A stretch of 64,000 nt of DNA. Source: Octopus vulgaris. Taxonomy: Eukaryota. A program made the position numbers and the translations under genes. This document shows positions 13,626-26,821 of this stretch, in pieces. Location: positions 40,114,001-40,178,000 of the forward strand of contig OX597820.1 in NCBI GenBank assembly GCA_951406725.2, given 5' to 3'. The notes under the pieces are model-generated. The model saw only the letters and a program-made list of their open reading frames with translations, was not told where the DNA came from and did not search any database. The first letter of the stretch is position 1; every line of letters starts with the position of its first letter.

Positions 13626-14280
13626 GTTGGACATTTATTTTTTAATCAATACAATTGTTTCCAGGCAACGTAGTTCTCCAGGTGTGCAGGAAATTTATCA
13701 TGCAGCCGTTTCCCTGCATCAGAACATCTAGTGTTTCCTCAGGTGATATGTAAATATTGTCTCCGTAAGTTTAAAATGCTTGGCTTCAATAACATCCGTC
13801 TCTCTGTCGTGGCCTGAATTTAGTAGTAGTCACTGTGCTTATCAGGATATTTTGTTGCTGAACTGCCTTTAGCAACCTGCTTTGAATTTGTAGATGTAGT
13901 GGGATGGTAAACGTGACTGCCGTTTTAAAGGGATTGGCATTTTATTTCAAATCAGCAGTACAACAGAAATGAAATATCAATCCCTTTAAAACGGCAACCA
14001 CTTTAACAGCACTAGAATCCCATTCCACTACATCTACACATTCAAAGCACTTTGCCAACGGCCGTTCAGTGACAGCTACTAAATTTAGGCAACGGCAGAC
14101 AGATAGGATATTCATAAAGCCAAGGATTTTAAACTTACGGAGACAACATTTACATATCGTCTAAGGAAACATAGCTAGATTTCATAATGCAAGGAAACAA
14201 TTGCATAATTAAGTACCTGCACACCTGGAGACCTACATTGCCTGGAAATACTTGTAGTGATTAAAAATTAAATGTCCAAC
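13626..14280. repeat. Long imperfect palindrome: ~320-bp arms, 17-nt loop (13949-13965)
   Basis: Arms align end to end, e.g. TCTCCAGGTGTGCAGG/CCTGCACACCTGGAGA, TTGTCTCCGTAAGTTTAAAAT/ATTTTAAACTTACGGAGACAA, TGCCGTTTTAAAGGGATTG/CAATCCCTTTAAAACGGCA. Confidence 0.92.
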
Positions 14281-14435
14281 CGTACCGCTTCATTTTGCAC
14301 TCCAATGTTTTCAATTATATGTATGTATATATGTATGCGTCAATGTATGTATGTATGTATATATGCATATACATATATGCATATATATATATACGTGTAT
14401 ATATACATATATATCTATCTATCTATATATATATA

Positions 14436-14466
<31 letters not shown>

Positions 14467-14563
14467 GTGTATATAGATATATCTATATATGCAGTATATA
14501 TATATATATCGGTAGATAGACAGACAGACCGACAAACAGACAAATAGATAGATAGATACATAG

Positions 14564-14594
<31 letters not shown>

Positions 14595-15108
14595 AATAGA
14601 TAGATATAAAGCAAACAAGTAACAAGAATGTCCAAGTATTAGTACATTACGACCGTTTCAAATGGCTCCATATAATCGCACAATGGAAACATTACATCAA
14701 TTTGAAATAAACTGCTCTCCCCGGACGCAGACGAACGTATAGACTTTCAGCATACAGGATACACCATTATAAGCTTTTAGCAAATTTTTCACCTGAGACA
14801 AAAATACATTATTTCATTTTGCTATTATTGTAGTAGAATGAATTTAGGGTAAGAATACCTAAAGCGTACTATAATCTAGAGTGGCAGAAGGAAATAATGG
14901 GGGTGTCAATAAAGAGGAATGGTGATATAGCTACATTCATATTTATCCTTATCACATTCAACAGACCCAATGTATCAAGCAGTCTACATCCCCTTAGAAT
15001 CAAACCATTGGAAAATGACAGTTAAACTCTTGTTGTCGGTGAAAAATTAATTCATTAGAAAATTACTAATTTTAGATCTCACAACGTGAGATATTCATCA
15101 ACAGTACT

Positions 15109-15640
15109 TTGTAGTAAATATTTTTTGTCAACATAACACGGCAGTCCTGGTTTAGGATTAATGTTGTTGTAATTTAGCCCCAGGAGACATCGTCTCCAGC
15201 TGGCTATACGACCCGATCTGTGTCCTTATAGTTTCGAACAAGGGAATCTAGCACCCCTACTCAGTTCAAAACAATATCTTTACTATAAAGTACTGTTGCT
15301 GAATATTTCACGTTGTGACATTTAAAAATAGTAATTTTCTAGTTAATAAATCAGTGACTAGTTGTCACTTTGAAAACTATATATCTCGAACGGGAATTTG
15401 GCAGCGCCATCTCTAGCCGAACAATATTCTGTGCTGATACAGAGAAATAAACCAGAAATCGTGATACACAGATATTGTCTTGAGCTCAGTGGGGGTGCTA
15501 GATTCCCTTGTTCTAAAATATAAGGGCACAGATCGTGGCGTACAGCCAGCTGGAGACGATGACTCCTGGGGCTAAATTACAGCAACATTAGTCCTAAACC
15601 AGGATTGCCATGTTATGTTGGCAAACAATCTTTACTACAA
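15109..15640. mobile_element. MITE-like element with ~170-bp terminal inverted repeats
   Basis: TTGTAGTAAA...CCCCAGGAGACATCGTCTCCAGCTGGCT...AACAATATCT (15109-15279) pairs with 15470-15640. Confidence 0.88.
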
Positions 15641-15914
15641 CAAATTAATTCATGTCGTACCTACCCCTATTTCACTATGGCCATAAAATCAACCATACCT
15701 ACATAAAAGAATATATCTCAAAAGATGCTAGGAAGATAATCATATAAAGGTGAGGTGATAACCAGAAAGAGGAGGGGCAGGGGTGGCTTATCATATTACT
15801 ATTATCAACTTAGAGGGTATTACAGTGGGGAAAAGGACACATTGAGTTCTAAGCGTGGAAATTAGGAATACGGGGAAAAATTTTGAAGTGGATTTATATA
15901 TGTATATATATATT

Positions 15915-16076
15915 GGTACAGATGTGTCTCTTTGGTAAAAAGCTTGCTTCACAACCACATGGTTCTCGGTTCAGTCCTACTACGTAGCACCTTGGGCAAG
16001 TGTCATCTACTATAACCTTGGGCCGACTAAAGCTTTGTGGGTGGATTTGGTGGACGGAAACTGAAAGAAGCCCGTC

Positions 16077-16158
<82 letters not shown>

Positions 16159-16316
16159 ATGTATATATACATGTGTATGCTGGTGTGTTTACGTCCCCCG
16201 TAAGCTAGCGGTTCGGCAAAAGAGACTTATAAAATAAGCACTAGGCTTACAAAGAATAAGTCCTGGGATCAATTTGTTCGACTAAAGGCGGTATTCCAGC
16301 ATGGTCGCAGTCAAAT
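15915..16316 (+). mobile_element. SINE family B with internal (TA)n(TG)n tract
   Basis: Head ...AAGCTTGCTTCACAACCACATGGTTCTCGGTTCAGTCC, then CACCTTGGGCAAGTGTC; homologous to 27450-27845 and 48025-48405. Confidence 0.85.
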
Positions 16317-16395
16317 ATATACATACACATATGTGTGTGTATTCTTTTATTCTTTTATTATCTATACTTACACACCGCCAGTATTTTAGAGAGTC

Positions 16396-16468
16396 TGTCG
16401 TGTCCAGGATTCACACCTGGCTTTACCAAGTCCACAGCGTGGGCTCCTAACCATTAGCCGATCACGGT
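16396..16468 (-). pseudogene. tRNA-His(GUG) pseudogene
   Basis: Minus strand ACCGTGATCGGCTAATGGTTAGGAGCCCACGCTGTGGACTTGGTAAAGCCAGGTGTGAATCCTGGACACGACA aligns with metazoan tRNA-His; anticodon GTG at 16433-16435; T-loop TTC mutated to TGT; stem mismatches. Confidence 0.85.
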
Positions 16469-17678
16469 AAACATACACATGTATGTGTGCGTTTATATAT
16501 AATTGTAAGTCGATATCATTTTGGTGTACCATCGTTTAAACTCAAAATGAAATTAAGGAGTTTAATTTTTAAAAATAATTGCATTGGAGGAAAAATATGT
16601 TGTATGGTTTTATGATGTCGATTGAAGTGAAATCATTCAAACCGGGAAGTGAAATAACCTCGCATATCATATTACAAGGACTTTTTATAATGTGCCTCAT
16701 TACATCTGTTTTTCTCAGAATTTGCACCGATCAAACTGATTTTCTTTTTTTTCATATATTTTCCTTACTGAATTTATTTTTATTTCTTTGTACTTTAACA
16801 TTTTACTTCGTTCTTTTTTCTCTTGTCATTTCTCAGGTTTTGTAGTCTTTGTAGCTGATTTTCTTTATTAAACAACTCGCCTAAATTATTCAAATGCATC
16901 TCAGTAGATTATAATGAATGAAATGTGAAGAAGAAAAATACGATTTTCTATTCTCTGGAATTGTAAGTTGGATTCAGATGTTTAAATTTCGAAATTGATT
17001 TTGACACTTCACAAAATTATTGGAAGTGTAAATGAGAATAATTTTTTGTAATTTATTTTTTTTAACCCAAATTTTATAATTTTCTTCGAATTGGATTTTA
17101 GCTACTTTGCATTTGAATTTTTTTTTCTTTTGTTACCGTTTCACATTCACATTTCCGTATTCTTTTCTTTTCTAAATTTGGTATATTTTCTATTATTTTT
17201 GCGTATCACTTTCAATAAAAAAAAAAAGCTCAGCTGGTGTATATTTATTAAAGGTGTGAAGTTTTACTTTTTCATTATTGTCTCCTCTTTGGAATGTCTT
17301 TATAGCACTAGTTTATTGTGTATAAGTATCTAGCTACAGAATACTATTTTGCTTTCATATCTCAAGGACATTTATCACGAATTCATGCACTAACATTTGT
17401 CTACTTACAAAGAAATTTACTGCTTCTTAGTTTGAGACGTTTCTACTATTTCATTGTTGCTGATAGAAAATAAATAATGCAGAATAAAAATATTTTCCTA
17501 GATCAAAACGTAAAAAAGCACACCAAAAAATTTCAACACAGCAATTTGCGATTACTTTAATGCTTTCTTATGAAAAAAAAAAAATTAGAAATCCGATTAC
17601 TGCTGATTAAAAAGAGATAATAATTTCTTAGATATTTTTCTTTGCTTCAATAGCTTTTCTTTGATTATACACACACAC

Positions 17679-17716
<38 letters not shown>

Positions 17717-19395
17717 GTATGCACAAACATACACCCATTCCCATGCACACATGCACATACAAGCATATATGCATATATGCGTACGCTTTCTTATCCATTC
17801 AAACATTCAAACACATGTACACACGCGCACACATACAGTCACTCAGAGACACATACATGCGCTAGTACACACATTTACACACACGCACACACACATCGCA
17901 TGCAGAACAGAAAACAGATGTGAGGAATTTTCGGTGGATGGAGCCCTCGATTAAGATTCTATTCCTGTTGATGGAAAGGTCTGATCTCTTATAATGTTAA
18001 CCAAGCACCTGTTATTTGTATTGTATTTTGAAGTGATGGATACAGCGTAACTATTTTTGTATTTATGGTTAACTGTTCTTTATCGTCATTATTGTGGTTG
18101 CTAAGGTAGCGAGCTAGCAGTATCTAATTTCCAGTTACTGATGGTCTGGTACTTTCAATAAATTGTACTAATTTAAACTAATGAACATGTACCTGTATTT
18201 CATTTAATTACTTACAAATCTTTAATATTTGTTTCATTTAGAGTGATTTCAGCAAGGTGATCACCCTTCGTTTGGCAAAAAATAGTTAATCCAAAACTAT
18301 TTCTAAACCGAAATTTCCAGAATATCAATGTTTGTACATTCTCAAATGGTTCCCTAGGCAAATTGGTTTTCATCCCTTGTGTCCATAAAAGAATGGATTC
18401 GGTCCAATTGTATCAATTAACTCTCGTTTTCAATTTTCAGGGCTTATGTCTGCAAAACGTCATTGTTTTGTGCGTTATCGCTGTGTCTGTTGTTGTTATT
18501 ATGGATACTGTTATGCCTATAATATTTTCATTATTGGTACGGTGATTATTATCATTGGTGTAAATGTATTTGCTGATAACATTGTTACCTTATTTTTCCC
18601 TAGATTTTTAGCGAAGAATTTTTCAATTTTAGGCAGACAAAAATCTTAAACTTAAAACGGCGTATTTCGGTAGTAATTTATAAACGGCTATTTCATTTAC
18701 GGTTAGTTGCATCACACCACATATTATCAGGCAATGTTGTTTCTTTCTGTGTCTGGGAAGTCTGTAGTTGACCATAATTCTATCAATTCTGTCTGAGTAC
18801 TTACCCTTCCTTCTGTTTAGCTATTGTTAAAGCGGACGTTTTTTCCGCTGTTGTTTCATCCATTTTAATTTGTTATTGACGTGCTGCTTGCAAGTATGTT
18901 CCATGTTCCGGTGCACCTGCTTCATAACATCCAAGGCTGATGCAGTCTCTGTAACTACTTCTCTCTCTCTCTCTCTCTCACTCTTTCTCTCTCTCAATGA
19001 GTTTATTCCATATGAAGGGAGATCTTTCGTTTTCCCCACTAAATGATTAATATGCGAATTTTTATCTTTATATTCAAATCACATTGTTCGCTTCCATTCT
19101 CCAGTTGCTACTTTTATGACGTTGAGAACTTACAGCCCACTCGATAGTCTTGGGACACTGTCTGGAGATATCAATTTCTTTTCTTTTTTTTTAAGGGAAG
19201 AGAGCAGAATAGCTTTTTTTTCACCGTCTTGCTAGCATGATTAACGTGTAGGATATTTCCAGTTCGTATATGGTTTGGAAGATTCTTGACGTAAAATCGT
19301 AAACAGAGTTTCTTATATTTTGGGTGGGTCATTTTGTCAATAGCAAGGTAAGTACTGTTCCTAATTAAATTCATTTTATTGTTAGTCATCACGGT

Positions 19396-19463
19396 AAGGC
19401 GGCAAGCTGGCAAAAACGTTAGCTCGCCGGGCGAAATGCTCAACGGTATTTCGTTTGTTTTAC

Positions 19464-19465
<2 letters not shown>
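19396..19465 (+). mobile_element. SINE family A head fragment ending in microsatellite
   Basis: AAGGCGGCAAGCTGGCAAAAACGTTAGCTCGCCGGGCGAAATGCT. Confidence 0.75.
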
Positions 19466-19561
<96 letters not shown>

Positions 19562-19724
19562 TATATATATATACACACACTCACATTTATATATATACAC
19601 ACACACACATATATATACACACACACACATATATATATATACACACATATATATATATATATACACACACATATATATATACACACGCGCACATATATAT
19701 ATATATACACACACACACATATAT

Positions 19725-19761
<37 letters not shown>

Positions 19762-19805
19762 TATATATATGTATATATATATACATATAAATACATATAT
19801 ATATT
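19465..19805. repeat. Higher-order [(TA)n(CA)n] array
   Basis: ~30-bp units repeated, e.g. 19471-19560. Confidence 0.9.
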
Positions 19806-20113
19806 CACGCATTGAGTCGAAACAGGGGCAGCTGAAGAAGGGGAATATCCTTTGTGTTGGTTGTCTTGTACTCTGTTTCCTTGTTTGGTTTCATGTTTTC
19901 ATTTCTCGTTGTGTTCTACGTTTATTTGTGGTGTCCTGTACCCATATATGCATGTATATATACATATAGATGTAGGTATGTACATATATAGATGTAGGTA
20001 TGCATATTTTTTATTTATTATATTGTTCATATATATACACACACACACATATATATATATATACATACATATGTATACAGATATATATACATATATACGC
20101 ATACACACACACG

Positions 20114-20144
<31 letters not shown>

Positions 20145-20535
20145 GTATGCATATATGTATGTATTATGTATGTTTTTATGTATGAAGTATGAATTAGTCG
20201 TATAATCTAATGAGGAACTATTTAGTTACATATTGTCTATATATTTAAGAAAACTACTTAAATGAATTCAAGTCTTTTACAGCCTTCATAGGTCTTACCA
20301 ACCGCAGCCTTGAAGGATTGTTTATCGACTATTTTCCTGAGATACTTGTCTTCAATGTGTTATTTTATAGCTGACTTTTTATCGAATCGATAAGTTACGC
20401 TTTGGCTCAGATGGACACAGCATCAATATACGTAAGTAAAGACACTGATACACAACCTTAGACACATATGCAAACATACAAACGAATATATACAACCAGT
20501 GTAATATTACAGTCCGCCTAGCTAGAAGTTGTAAT

Positions 20536-20817
20536 TGTTATAAATTGAGATCGTCGTCCACTTGTATGTAATCGTCGTCACGGTAATCTTTTTGACGCCA
20601 CTATTATGTTATGACGGTATTCCACGGCTTATTATCTTTGACTCGTCTATCTTGCTATCGCTGATAGCTCCGCGAGGCCATGACTTTGAAACGTCTACAT
20701 TGACTCGGACTCATAAGTGACACTGACTCCAACTGAGAACTCGTACAACAACTCTGCTGCTAATGACTTTATAATGGCTTTCTGACTTAGTTACGTGGAA
20801 AGAGGAGTACCATTTTA
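20536..20817 (-). repeat. 3' LTR
   Basis: Starts TGTTATAA and is colinear with 24934-25230 (TGACTTTGAAACGTCTAC, AACTGAGAAC, GAGTACCATTTT); inner terminus eroded. Confidence 0.85.
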
Positions 20818-20829
20818 TTCCCCCCTTTT
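20818..20829 (-). other. Polypurine tract
   Basis: Minus strand AAAAGGGGGGAA directly before the 3' LTR. Confidence 0.8.
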
Positions 20830-20899
20830 GGTTTTCTTTTCCTTTGGGAAGCAAGTAATTCTATTTTACTTTATTCAACCCTCCTCCCATTTTAGCGTT

Positions 20900-23800
20900 T
20901 TTTTCCAACTTAATATTTTTTTCTTTTGGCGTCTATTTGTAGGAACTGTGTGTTCTTTTTTCCTTCACTTGTACGCGTGGTTTCAACCACATGTAAAGGT
21001 GTGGGTACCTGTAATGTGTCATACAACCGTTCCATAGGTTCTTTCAATCTGCCTGATTCGCTTTCTATGAATCTCTACTTATACTGGTTTCTGTGTCTTT
21101 TTCAATACCTTTTCTGCTTTTAATTCCGTACATCATTTTTCCTATGCACTTTGTAATTTTTCCTTCTTCCCAGTATTGTTTTCCATTTTCATGCGACCTC
21201 ATGTACACCTTATCACCAATTTTCAAAAATTTTGGATTGTCTTTCCTGGTACTTTTTCTTTCCTCGCCAGGTAACAGTTTATCAAAAACTTATTTCACCT
21301 TCCTTGCGAATATCAGTTCTGCTGGTGAGTTTCCTGCTGGTGTATTGGGGTTTGGTATCACTCTGTATACCCTTAGTAATCGCTGCAGAGCGACTTCACA
21401 TGTGACCTCGTTGTTTGCTTGTCTCAAAGCACTTTTTAAAATATCCGCAAAACGCTCTGCCTATCCATTTGATCTGGGATGGTAAGGTGCTATCATTTTA
21501 TGTTCTACCGTGAACATGTCTCAGAATTTTCTAAATTCACTACACACAATTTGTGTTCCATTATCGGATACAATCACGGCTGGGATGCCAAATCTTGCGA
21601 ATAATTCGAATTATTCGTGCAAAAAATTTGCTAGCATTTCAAAGGTTGGTCTTTTGCACTTTACAGTTTCCGGCCATTTTGTAAAACTGTTAACTACTGC
21701 TAAGTAGTAATAACCATTTAACGGACCCAAAAAATCGACATGTAGTCTTGACCATGGACAATTTACTTCTGGCCAAGGCTCCCATTTTTTAGTATGCAAT
21801 TTCGCTTCCAGAGCACATCCACTGCAACATTTTACTACGTTTTGAACTTCCTTGTCCATCTTTGGCCAATACTCAGAATTGCGCATAATCGCTTAATCCT
21901 TGCGATCCCAGGATGTCCTTACGGAATTCTTTTCAAAATAATTTTTTGTAAAGTCTCAGGTATCACTACCTTTTTGGTCATGCATCAGTACGCCGTCGCA
22001 TGTTGAATATATGTTAAACTGTTGCTGTTTTTTCTTTCCGAACCTATTTTTGTGTTCTTCAGCAAACCATTGAGTTTTTTCTTTCATTAATGAATTTATC
22101 TTTTGACACGTGTCTCTTTACCTCCTCCGGTGTTATTGGTAACTCCCATACAATGTTCCACATTATGTGTTTAATTTCCTCTTCGGCTCTTAGTACTGCT
22201 ATTACTGTGTCCTTGAATAGTTTGCCATTTTTGGTGTATTAATCTGGATAGGTAGTCAGCATGTTCTAGCTTTTTCGAAGATAAATATTCCATTGCATAG
22301 TCGTAGTATAACAGTATGGTGCCCCATCGCTGCAACCTGTTTGCTGTATATACAGGAATTCCTTTCTAGGATCCATATATCATTAGCAACAGGCGATGGT
22401 ATGTTTGTAGTCTAAACAGTCTACCATTGTATAAACCTATGGATATTCTTTTATGCGAAGTATAATTACCAATGCCTCTTTTTTCAATTTGGCTATAATG
22501 CTTTTTATTTCCTCAAATGCTTTCTAGCATTTTACTGACCAAAACCATTTGATATCCTTTTTAACAGCTCGTTGAATGGAGCCTTTATGTTGCATATGTT
22601 CGGAATATATAATTGATAGTAGTTTACCAAGCCCCAAAATGTTTGTAACAATTTGGCGTTCATTGGGGGAGACATATTCCGTAGCGTGGTCTCACTTGAT
22701 GGGGTTGGCCTAAGTCCCCTTTCGTAAATCACTTGAACTAAATATCTGATTTTTTCATAAAAAATTCACACTTTTCCTTTCTTAGTCTAAACCAGTATTC
22801 ATTTATTTTTCCGAATACTTTTCTAATATGTTCGAAATGTTGCTACACTGACTTGCTCTTTATCAAAATGCCATCGAGTTAAGCGATAGCAAAGTCACAA
22901 TCATTTAACATTACGTCCATCACTTGTTGGAAGATGGCAGGCGCCACCTTTACTCCAAAAGGAAGCTGCTTGAATTTATACAATCCATGGTTTGTGCTGA
23001 TTGTTAAAAGGTATGCGCAATCTTCCTCAACCTATATCTGTAGGTGGGCCTTCAAGAGGTCTAGCAAGAGAAAAAATTTCCTCCATTTAGTTTAGAGAAG
23101 ATTTCTTCTGGGTTTGAACATGGATGGTTGTGTTCAAGTAAACAGTCATTTAATCCTGTTGAAAAGTCCGCACACACTTAGTTTATTATTTTTCATTACA
23201 TAAACCGTCGGAGCTACCCATTCTGAATGGTCGACGTTTTCAATAACATCTAAACTTTCTAGTCTTTCCAGCTCTTTATTGACATAGTCTAACACCACAG
23301 GCGACACATACCGGTTGGGCCTAAAAACAAGTGTTTCCTATTCTTTTACCACGATCCTCGCTTTTGTTTTAGTGCAAAAGTTTATCCTTCAAAAAAAAAT
23401 ATTTGGAAACAATTAAAACTTTTTTTTTGTCTCAGTCATTCGACTTCATTTGACCGTCCCGACTACATTTTCACAGAGAACCCTAGTGAGGGTATCCCAC
23501 ATTTTAAATGACTCCATGCATCCTGTGCTAAATAGGTTTAGTGAGTTTTGCAACACATAAATGATTCTCCTTTTCGTTTGACCTCGAAAAGTTACGTTGC
23601 AAATGCATTCGCTGATAAAATATAATTTCTTTCTTGTAACATCATATGCTACTTTATTTGATTTACATAATTTTGACTTACCGATTTGTCGCCATGTTTC
23701 TTCATTTATGATAGTGATATCATTATCCATGTCTAATTGCATTTTGACACTAGTGGTTTCGATTCTCACCTTAATGGATTTTCTGTTCATTGATCAAACG

Positions 23801-24765
23801 TTTTTCTCTGATGATAAACTATTTTTTCGCCTCGTTTGGTCCAGTTTTTAGTCAACTTAGTTCTGTAGTGCGATTTAATGAGTCCTTTGATTTTTTGAAC
23901 GGACACTCTTTTCTCAGGTGCCTGCCATCACATGCTATACATGGGTTCATCTTCTGTTGTATATCGTGTTTTTTGTGAAACATTTTATCCGTTCTTCCGA
24001 TTCTTCCACACTGGTTTTATTTGTAAACAATCGTTGCGTTGGATTTCTTCTGTGTCATGCCTTACTGATAATATCAAGTCGCACTCTTCTGATAGTTTCC
24101 GGAGAGTTGTATTCTGGTTAATTTAGAGCTTTGCTAGAATGTTCATCCTGACTTCTGCGTCCTTTTAGCAGTAAGTCCATGATCAAAAATCAGGCACTTG
24201 AACGAGTGTGGAGTTTTTTTATCCAGTTTAAATCTTTCACACTCTCTGTTCACTCGACCCGCATATGTAGTAAAGTCTTCGTAATCTCTTTTCTTAGTGT
24301 TCAAACACTTCCAGCGTGTGTTGAATAACGATGTGTTTTCACTGAACATCTTACATAAAATGTCAATTGTGTCCGTGAAATTCATGTCAGAAACAGTTTT
24401 AGGTAGTATAACGTAACTTTTCGAGGTGAAACGAAAAGGACAATCATTTGCCGTGTTCTGTTGTTGTCAGATTCCTCTGAATTAGACGCGTCTTCATTTC
24501 GTCTGCCCAGTTTTGGCATTCTTTTTCGAAACTTTGTTCAAATCTTCGGTAATATGCCTTAAAGGTGACTCCTTCTTCTGGGTTATATTTAAATTCATTT
24601 ACTGAACTTGCTACATGGTCCGGCGAAAGCGTATTTTTCGGTTTTGTTACCAACTTCATTAGTTGTAGCATTTGTTGCTAAAACATTTGTTGTTGTTCTT
24701 GTTGTTCTTTGAGTTGTTGTTGCTGCTTTTGCAACTCACATTGAGCCTCTAACAACTTTTTCCAT
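20900..24765 (-). pseudogene. Gypsy gag-pol pseudogene
   Basis: Gag EFKYNPEEGVTFKAYYRRFE and a CxxC..H..C knuckle; PR VKMQLDMDNDITII; RT LPFGVKVAPAIFQ and *LDG (from YLDD); RH YSQIEKEAL; IN PWSRLHVDFLGP, SDNG, YHPRSNG; many stops and frameshifts. Confidence 0.9.
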
Positions 24766-24920
24766 AAATTTACGGATTTTTCGTAAAATATGTACAACAA
24801 AACTATTGAGTTTTTAATTTCTCCACGTAAGAAATTTTTCAAAATCGTCCACGTGATTTGTTTATTTTCTCATTACAAAATCTTTTTTCTTTTCAACGTT
24901 GTCCGGGTAAATAGTTTATA

Positions 24921-24932
24921 TCCACGTCGCCA
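24921..24932 (-). other. Primer binding site
   Basis: Minus strand TGGCGACGTGGA, 1 nt after the 5' LTR end ...TTATAACA. Confidence 0.8.
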
Positions 24933-24933
24933 C

Positions 24934-25241
24934 TGTTATAAAGGGAGATCCTCTCTTCCACTTGTATGTCATTGTCGGCATTTTAAAATTCTTATCGCCA
25001 CTATTATATTATGGCGGTATTCCGCGTCTTAACCTTGATTCGTCTATCGTGCTATCGCTCATAGCCCCGCAAGACGATGACTTTGAAACGTCTACCTTGA
25101 CGGTAACTCGAACTCTGACACTGGCTCTAACTGAGAACCCGTACAACGATTCTACTACTGCTGACCTCCTACAACGACTGACTGTCTGACTTCATAGTGG
25201 CTCGTCACGTGTGTAGGTGAGTACCATTTTTCACTGCAACA
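24934..25241 (-). repeat. 5' LTR
   Basis: TGTT...AACA termini; homologous to 20536-20817. Confidence 0.88.
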
Positions 25242-26049
25242 GCAAATATATACCGTTGTAAATAAAAGACTAATTAAATAAGTACAATATCTGAAAAATG
25301 TTCTAAGTAGGGGAAACATATCCTGACTCTTCATGCTCTAATTGCTCAACGGCAGTACATATATAACAGGTGAACCTCAACAGCTTGTCAACTAAATCAG
25401 TCTACAAATAGAATTAATACTATGATTTTGCATTCAATTTTTTACCTGAGTTTTACTAACAGCGTGTTAGAGCGGCTCTGCATTAGGTTTCCATCCTAAT
25501 ATCTGCTAGAGAGTCTCTTGAAATGCTTCGTCATCTTTTCGACAAAAACATTTTTTATGTAACTCATCTATTTCGGAACCAGCTGGGTGTTTTTTACTAA
25601 CGATGCGCGTTTGGGGACGATGGCTAGCAAAATGTAAAAAATGTAGATAACCTAACATTCAACTAAGTCTAAAAATCCATTACATCTCTCACGAATTTAC
25701 TATTGATTATGAGTTAAGAATTACACCAAGGACTGAACATGCATCATGATTTTGACAAATATATAAATTTAAAAAAATACGCTAGTCGCTCGTCACACTC
25801 TATATCAGCCTGCTCTGTCATTATGTTACTTCGTCGTGCGTTCCAAATTGAAATAGTCGCTGAAGGGTTACCACATCAAGACGCTAGATGAATTCCAAAT
25901 TGAATGTGTGCCATTATTAATACGATGTAGTGTGTGATATAAATAAGAATAACTACTGCTTCTTACAGGTGAAGTGACAGTGTAGACGCTTCCTCCTAGG
26001 ATGTTGCTCTTTGTTTTTATTATTGTGATGATTCTAATAACGTTGGTGT

Positions 26050-26520
26050 CCGCATACTGTTATCATTATCGCATGTTATAGTAAATGTTTGCTTTATATT
26101 TACTAATGCTATCGCGCTGTAGTTCTGGTTATCACGGATAGATGATTGCGTTAAATGCCTTGTGTAGTTGAAATATTATTTCCTGGTGTAGGATGCCGTT
26201 TTATCCATTAGCAAAGGAAGAAGACCTAATGCAAAATACTGAGTGTTTATTTGGAAACTCTACTGTTATTTGGTCAAAAGATGTATCTCCCACCCTTCTT
26301 TCCTTGTTCTCGCTCCTAATAAATAGCTGTAGATCCACGAAAACTTGTTGTCGGCAACTTACAAACCTAACAACACGTTGATAATAAAAAAAACACTCTT
26401 GTGAGCAATTTTCATATCTATACATTCAAACAGAATCTTGCGCAGAGGCGGTTGAATAAATACAAATGCAGTCACAGTAATTAGCAATCGACAACACAAA
26501 AGTTGCAATAATATTTGTTT
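26050..26520 (-). mobile_element. PIF/Harbinger (DDE_Tnp_4-like) transposase relic
   Basis: Minus strand HKSVFFIINVLLGL*VADNKFSWI resembles YKGFFSIVLLALVDADYKFxWVD; later YFNYTR resembles IFNYRLSRAR; very decayed. Confidence 0.45.
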
Positions 26521-26821
26521 TGTTTTTGTAATGGATGAGAGAAATATCTAGCTAAGTCATATCTAAACATAATCCATGTTTCTTTACAAGGTAAACGGTG
26601 ACAGTAATTATGAGAATAAAGAAAACACAAAGCAATATTCAAACTGCTATACATGAAGATACTTTTGCATACTTGATAATATCAGTGGAATCAAATTATT
26701 ATTAATACTAAAGATGTTGGTGTTACGATGAACCAGGAATGTCTTAAGATAGATGTTTAAATAATTCAATCTATGTCAGGCATATTTTTATGCAATTACG
26801 TACAATAGATTATAAAATATT

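Larger units (their letters stand above)
20536..25241 (-). mobile_element. Gypsy/Ty3 LTR retrotransposon (Mag-like), both LTRs present, gag-pol decayed
   Basis: Direct repeats 20536-~20817 and 24934-25241; PBS and PPT present; minus-strand order gag-PR-RT-RH-IN. Confidence 0.93.
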
